Part shown: piece by piece, positions 60,535-64,000 of the stretch | Layout of the letters: every line of letters begins with the position of its first letter | Position numbering within the stretch: position 1 is the stretch's first letter | Origin: Lama glama | Taxonomy: Eukaryota | Assembly: GCA_028534125.1 (NCBI GenBank) | Contig: CM052829.1 | Location: 3,782,001-3,846,000 of the forward strand | DNA length: 64,000 nt | Reading direction: 5' to 3' | Notes under the pieces: generated by a model | Databases searched by the model: none | The model's input: the letters and a program-made list of their open reading frames with translations, nothing else | What the model was told of the DNA's origin: nothing | Made by a program: the position numbers and the translations under genes

Positions 60535-63500
60535 TTGAATAAACTTTTTATTTTAGAAGAGATTAAAATTACAGAAAAGTTTCAAAAATAGTGCAGAGTT
60601 CCTATATATCCCACACTCGTGTTGCCCTATTGTTAGTATCTTGCTAATGTTAAGATACATATAAAGTCATAATACAAATGGTATAAACGTATCAAAGCAC
60701 AAATAAATGTACAGCATGTTTATGATTAATAAAACAACAGATTGCCACAATGTGTCGTGTTAGTAACCAGAGTCCGCGATTCATCCGTGTTTCCTTAACT
60801 TCTGCCTCGCGGCCTTTCTCTGCTCCAGGCTCCCGTTCTGGGCACGGCGGCTCAGGAGCTGCCTTGTCTTCCTAGGCTGCTCTTAACTGTGGCAGTTTCT
60901 CAGACTCTGTGCTTCTGATGGTCTTAATGGCTTCTTAAAGGTGTCCTGAGCAGGCATTTTGCGGAATGTCCTTCTATTAGAGTTTGTCTAATATTTTTCT
61001 CACAACGAGACTGCAGTCATGAGGTCTGGGGAGAGAGGTCCTGGAGGCGAAGTGCCGCTTTCATCCCCTCGTGTCACACTAACAATGTGCTTTACGACTG
61101 TTGGTGTTGACCTCGATCACTTGGCTGAGATACTGTCAGGAGTCTCCATTGTGAAGTTACTCCTTCCCCCCCTTCCATACTGTCCTCTTTGGAAGGGAAT
61201 CCCTGCAAAACCCACACTGAAGGAGCAGAGAGGTATGCCCCAACTCCGAGGGCAGCGTATCTACATAACTCGCCCAGCGTCCTTCCGCGTTAGAGATTTG
61301 TCTCTTCTGCCCCATTTGTTTATTTATCGTATCATCTATTTATGGATCCGTATTGTATATGTTGTGCTATAATCCAATACTACTCTGTTTTCTTTCTCAG
61401 ACTGTTCCGGACTTGTCCATTGGGAGTTCTTCCAGTTGGTTCTGGTGTCCATTGCCGTATTTGTTAGTATTTGCTGTGTTTTGGTTTGAGCACGTTGTTG
61501 AATTCTGGCACCACAAGGTATTTCAAGCTCATGCTGCATGTTTCCTCCCAGTTCTAGCATCAGCAACTTCTCCAAAAAGCTTGGGTTCCTGTTACTAGAT
61601 CAAGGTATTAGAGACCACAATCTGAGTGCTAGGTGTGCTTAGTGTTCCTGGGGTGCCATTGTTTCTAGGTCTTTTCAGCCGACAGAGGAAGAAAGCATAT
61701 GTGTGTGTGCTAATCCATGCACACAGTCATACCTGTAAGTATTTCTACATGTAAGCATCCAGCTCTATATCAAGTTAAACATGAGTTCACAGTGATGTTT
61801 CCAACACTAACCCATCATCACATGGATTGTTCCAGGCTTCTTCCCTTTTGTATCCATAAATTTCCATTCTGACACTGAGAAATCTGTCTCCCACTGACTA
61901 CCAACCACTTACTTAATTGTTCAAATGCAGTATGCATGTATAGCAGTATCAGAACTGTTACCCAGTACCCCATGGAGAATAGCTTTATCAACAACTGTAC
62001 AGTATTTATGTATAATTTATTTTGCCTTTAGTTTTATAGACTTAATTAATTTCCCAAGTTATTTGGCTTGGCACCTTTCTCCCCATACCCTTCAGTGAGT
62101 TTCATAAATTTTTGTTTAATACGTTTTTGTACAGTTAGGTTCTTTTGCCACATTCTGACCTCTATCCTGGGATCCTACAATTTCCTAAATATTTTTAATT
62201 GCATATATTAAATTTTATTATTTTGCTGTAATGGTCTATGGGTTTTGACACATGCATAGTGTCATATATTCATTATAGCACCATACAAAATTATTTCATT
62301 ATTCCCTTCCCAAATTGCCTGTGCTTCACATATTCAACCCCCCTACCCCCAAACCCAAGGCAACTAGTGACCATTTACCATTAGTGCAGTTTTGTCTTTT
62401 CCAGAATGTCACATAATTGGAATCATAAAACATGTGTTTTTTTAAAATAAATATCAGGCTTATTTTTAGTACAGTTTTATTTTATTTTTAACATTTTTTA
62501 TTGAGTTATAGTCAGCTTACAATGTTGTGTCAAATTCCAGTGTAGAGCACAATTTTTCAGTTATACATAAACATACATATATGCATTGTCACACAGTTTT
62601 AGGTTTGCAGATAGCTGAAGAGTTAGGACACAGAATTCTGCTACTCACTTCCCTCCTGTCCCCGTCCTGGACACAGTTTCCACATCGTTAACATTTTGCA
62701 TTATTAGCACAGCACTTCCGCCACAATCAATGAAGCAACATTCATACATTATTACTAACTACAGTCTGTGCTTTACATTAAAGTTCATTCTTGTGTTGTA
62801 CAACTCTACGGGCTTTGATAAATGCACAATGACATACAGTCACCATTAGAGAATAACGTCGCCTCCCTAGAACTCGGCTGCTTTTCCCTCCCTTCTCTGA
62901 ACTTCTGGTGAACACTAGTCTTATCCCTGTCTCCATAGATTTCTCTTTTCCGACGTCAGACTGTTGGAATCACAGTGTATGTTGCCTTTTCATACTGGCT
63001 TCCTTCACTTATCAATATGCATTTAAGGTCCATCTCTGTCTTTTCAGGGTTTCATAGCTCATTTCCTCTCATCACTGGCTAATATTTCATTGTATGGATG
63101 CACCACAGTTTGTTTATCATTTTGTATATTGAAGAATTATTTTGGTTGTTTCCAGGCTTGGGTGACTATGAATAAAGCTTCTATAAATTTTGTATGCAAA
63201 TTTTTGTAGGGATATAAGTTTTCAACTTGGGTAAATAACAAGGAGCATGATTGCACATGATAAGGGTGTGTTTAGCTTTTAAAAAAACTGCTGAACTGCT
63301 TTCCAGAGTAGCTGTGCCATTTTGCGTTAATACCAGCAGCTGCGCATTCCTGCTGTTCTGCACCCTTAGCGGTAGTTAAGTAGTCAGTGTTCCAGGTTTT
63401 GGCCGTTCTAATAGGTGTGTAGGAATATCTCGTCATTTTAATTTGCAGGTTCCTAATGACATGCAATGTTGAGTATTTTTTATAAAGGCATTTGCCATCC

Positions 63501-63830
63501 TCATATTTTCTTTCGTGAGGTGTCTTTTCAGATCTTTCAGTTATACGTCAATTAATTTTTTTATTTTCTTATTGCTGATTTTTAAGTATTATTTGTGTAT
63601 TTTGGATACATGTCCTTCATCAGAGTTGTGTTTTGCAAATATTTTCTCCCAGTCTGCTGCTTGTCTTTTCATTCTCTTCACACTGTCTTTGTCAAAGAAG
63701 AAGTTTCTAACTTTAATAAAATCCAAATTTTCAATTCTTTTCTTTCACAGATTGCACTTTTGGTGTTGTGTATAAAAACTCATCAGCAAAATCAGGTCAC
63801 TTCAGTTTTCCTCTAGAAGTTTTACTGCTT
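60535..63830 (-). mobile_element. Old L1 (L1MC/L1MD-like) 3' portions, antisense and nested
   Basis: TTACAGAAAAGTTTCAAAAATAG, TTCTCCAAAAAGCTTGGGTTCC, TGTATGGATGCACCACAGTTTG, ATATTTTCTCCCAGTCTG. Confidence 0.8.
62480..62592 (-). mobile_element. Young, heavily truncated camelid-type L1 3' end
   Basis: T-rich tail plus TTGAGTTATAGTCAGCTTACAATGTTGTGTCAA; exact 9-bp TSD ACAGTTTTA (62471-62479 / 62593-62601). Confidence 0.85.
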
Positions 63831-64000
63831 TGTCTAATTCACTGTTTTAATCATTTACAGGGTTTACCCTCTTGCATCACAGAAACTTCAGCACAAATTT
63901 GTTATAATACTTATATTAGTAAGTTAGAAGGCTATGAAAGAGTTTGAGTACTTAATGCAAGGTAACATATGTGCAAAACAGACATCACATTTTTTCAGAA

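Noticed and set aside
1-64000. Assigning a gene symbol or naming the neighbouring locus; tRNA, rRNA or snoRNA genes
   Set aside because: No intact exon that I recognise with certainty and no convincing structured-RNA signatures. The RGS similarity is motif-level only and does not establish orthology to RGS22 or RGSL1.

Overview
This is 64 kb of eutherian mammalian genomic DNA, most likely camelid, inferred from young cetartiodactyl/camelid-type L1 3' ends and no recognisable ruminant, pig or primate SINEs. It contains two assembly gaps and no intact protein-coding gene that I can support; the ORF-track hits are repeat, CpG-island or N-gap artefacts. Much of the window is interspersed repeat: L1, L2, MIR, MLT1 and ERV1/ERVL solo LTRs, MER58, MER53 and a decayed hAT/Zaphod-like transposase. 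There are three CpG islands (~10.6-11.2, ~20.9-21.3, ~42.8-45.0 kb) and several motif-dense, enhancer-like unique blocks on the right. The main finding is a colinear series of about 20 exon-shaped segments on the minus strand, from ~37.3 kb down to ~1 kb. They lie in the non-repeat islands, mostly keep polypyrimidine-AG and GT boundaries, and carry stops or frameshifts. Several translate into fragments resembling RGS22/RGSL1-type multi-RGS-domain proteins, so this looks like a decayed unitary pseudogene. Repeat-family and protein-family assignments come from remembered consensus sequences and need to be confirmed by searches.
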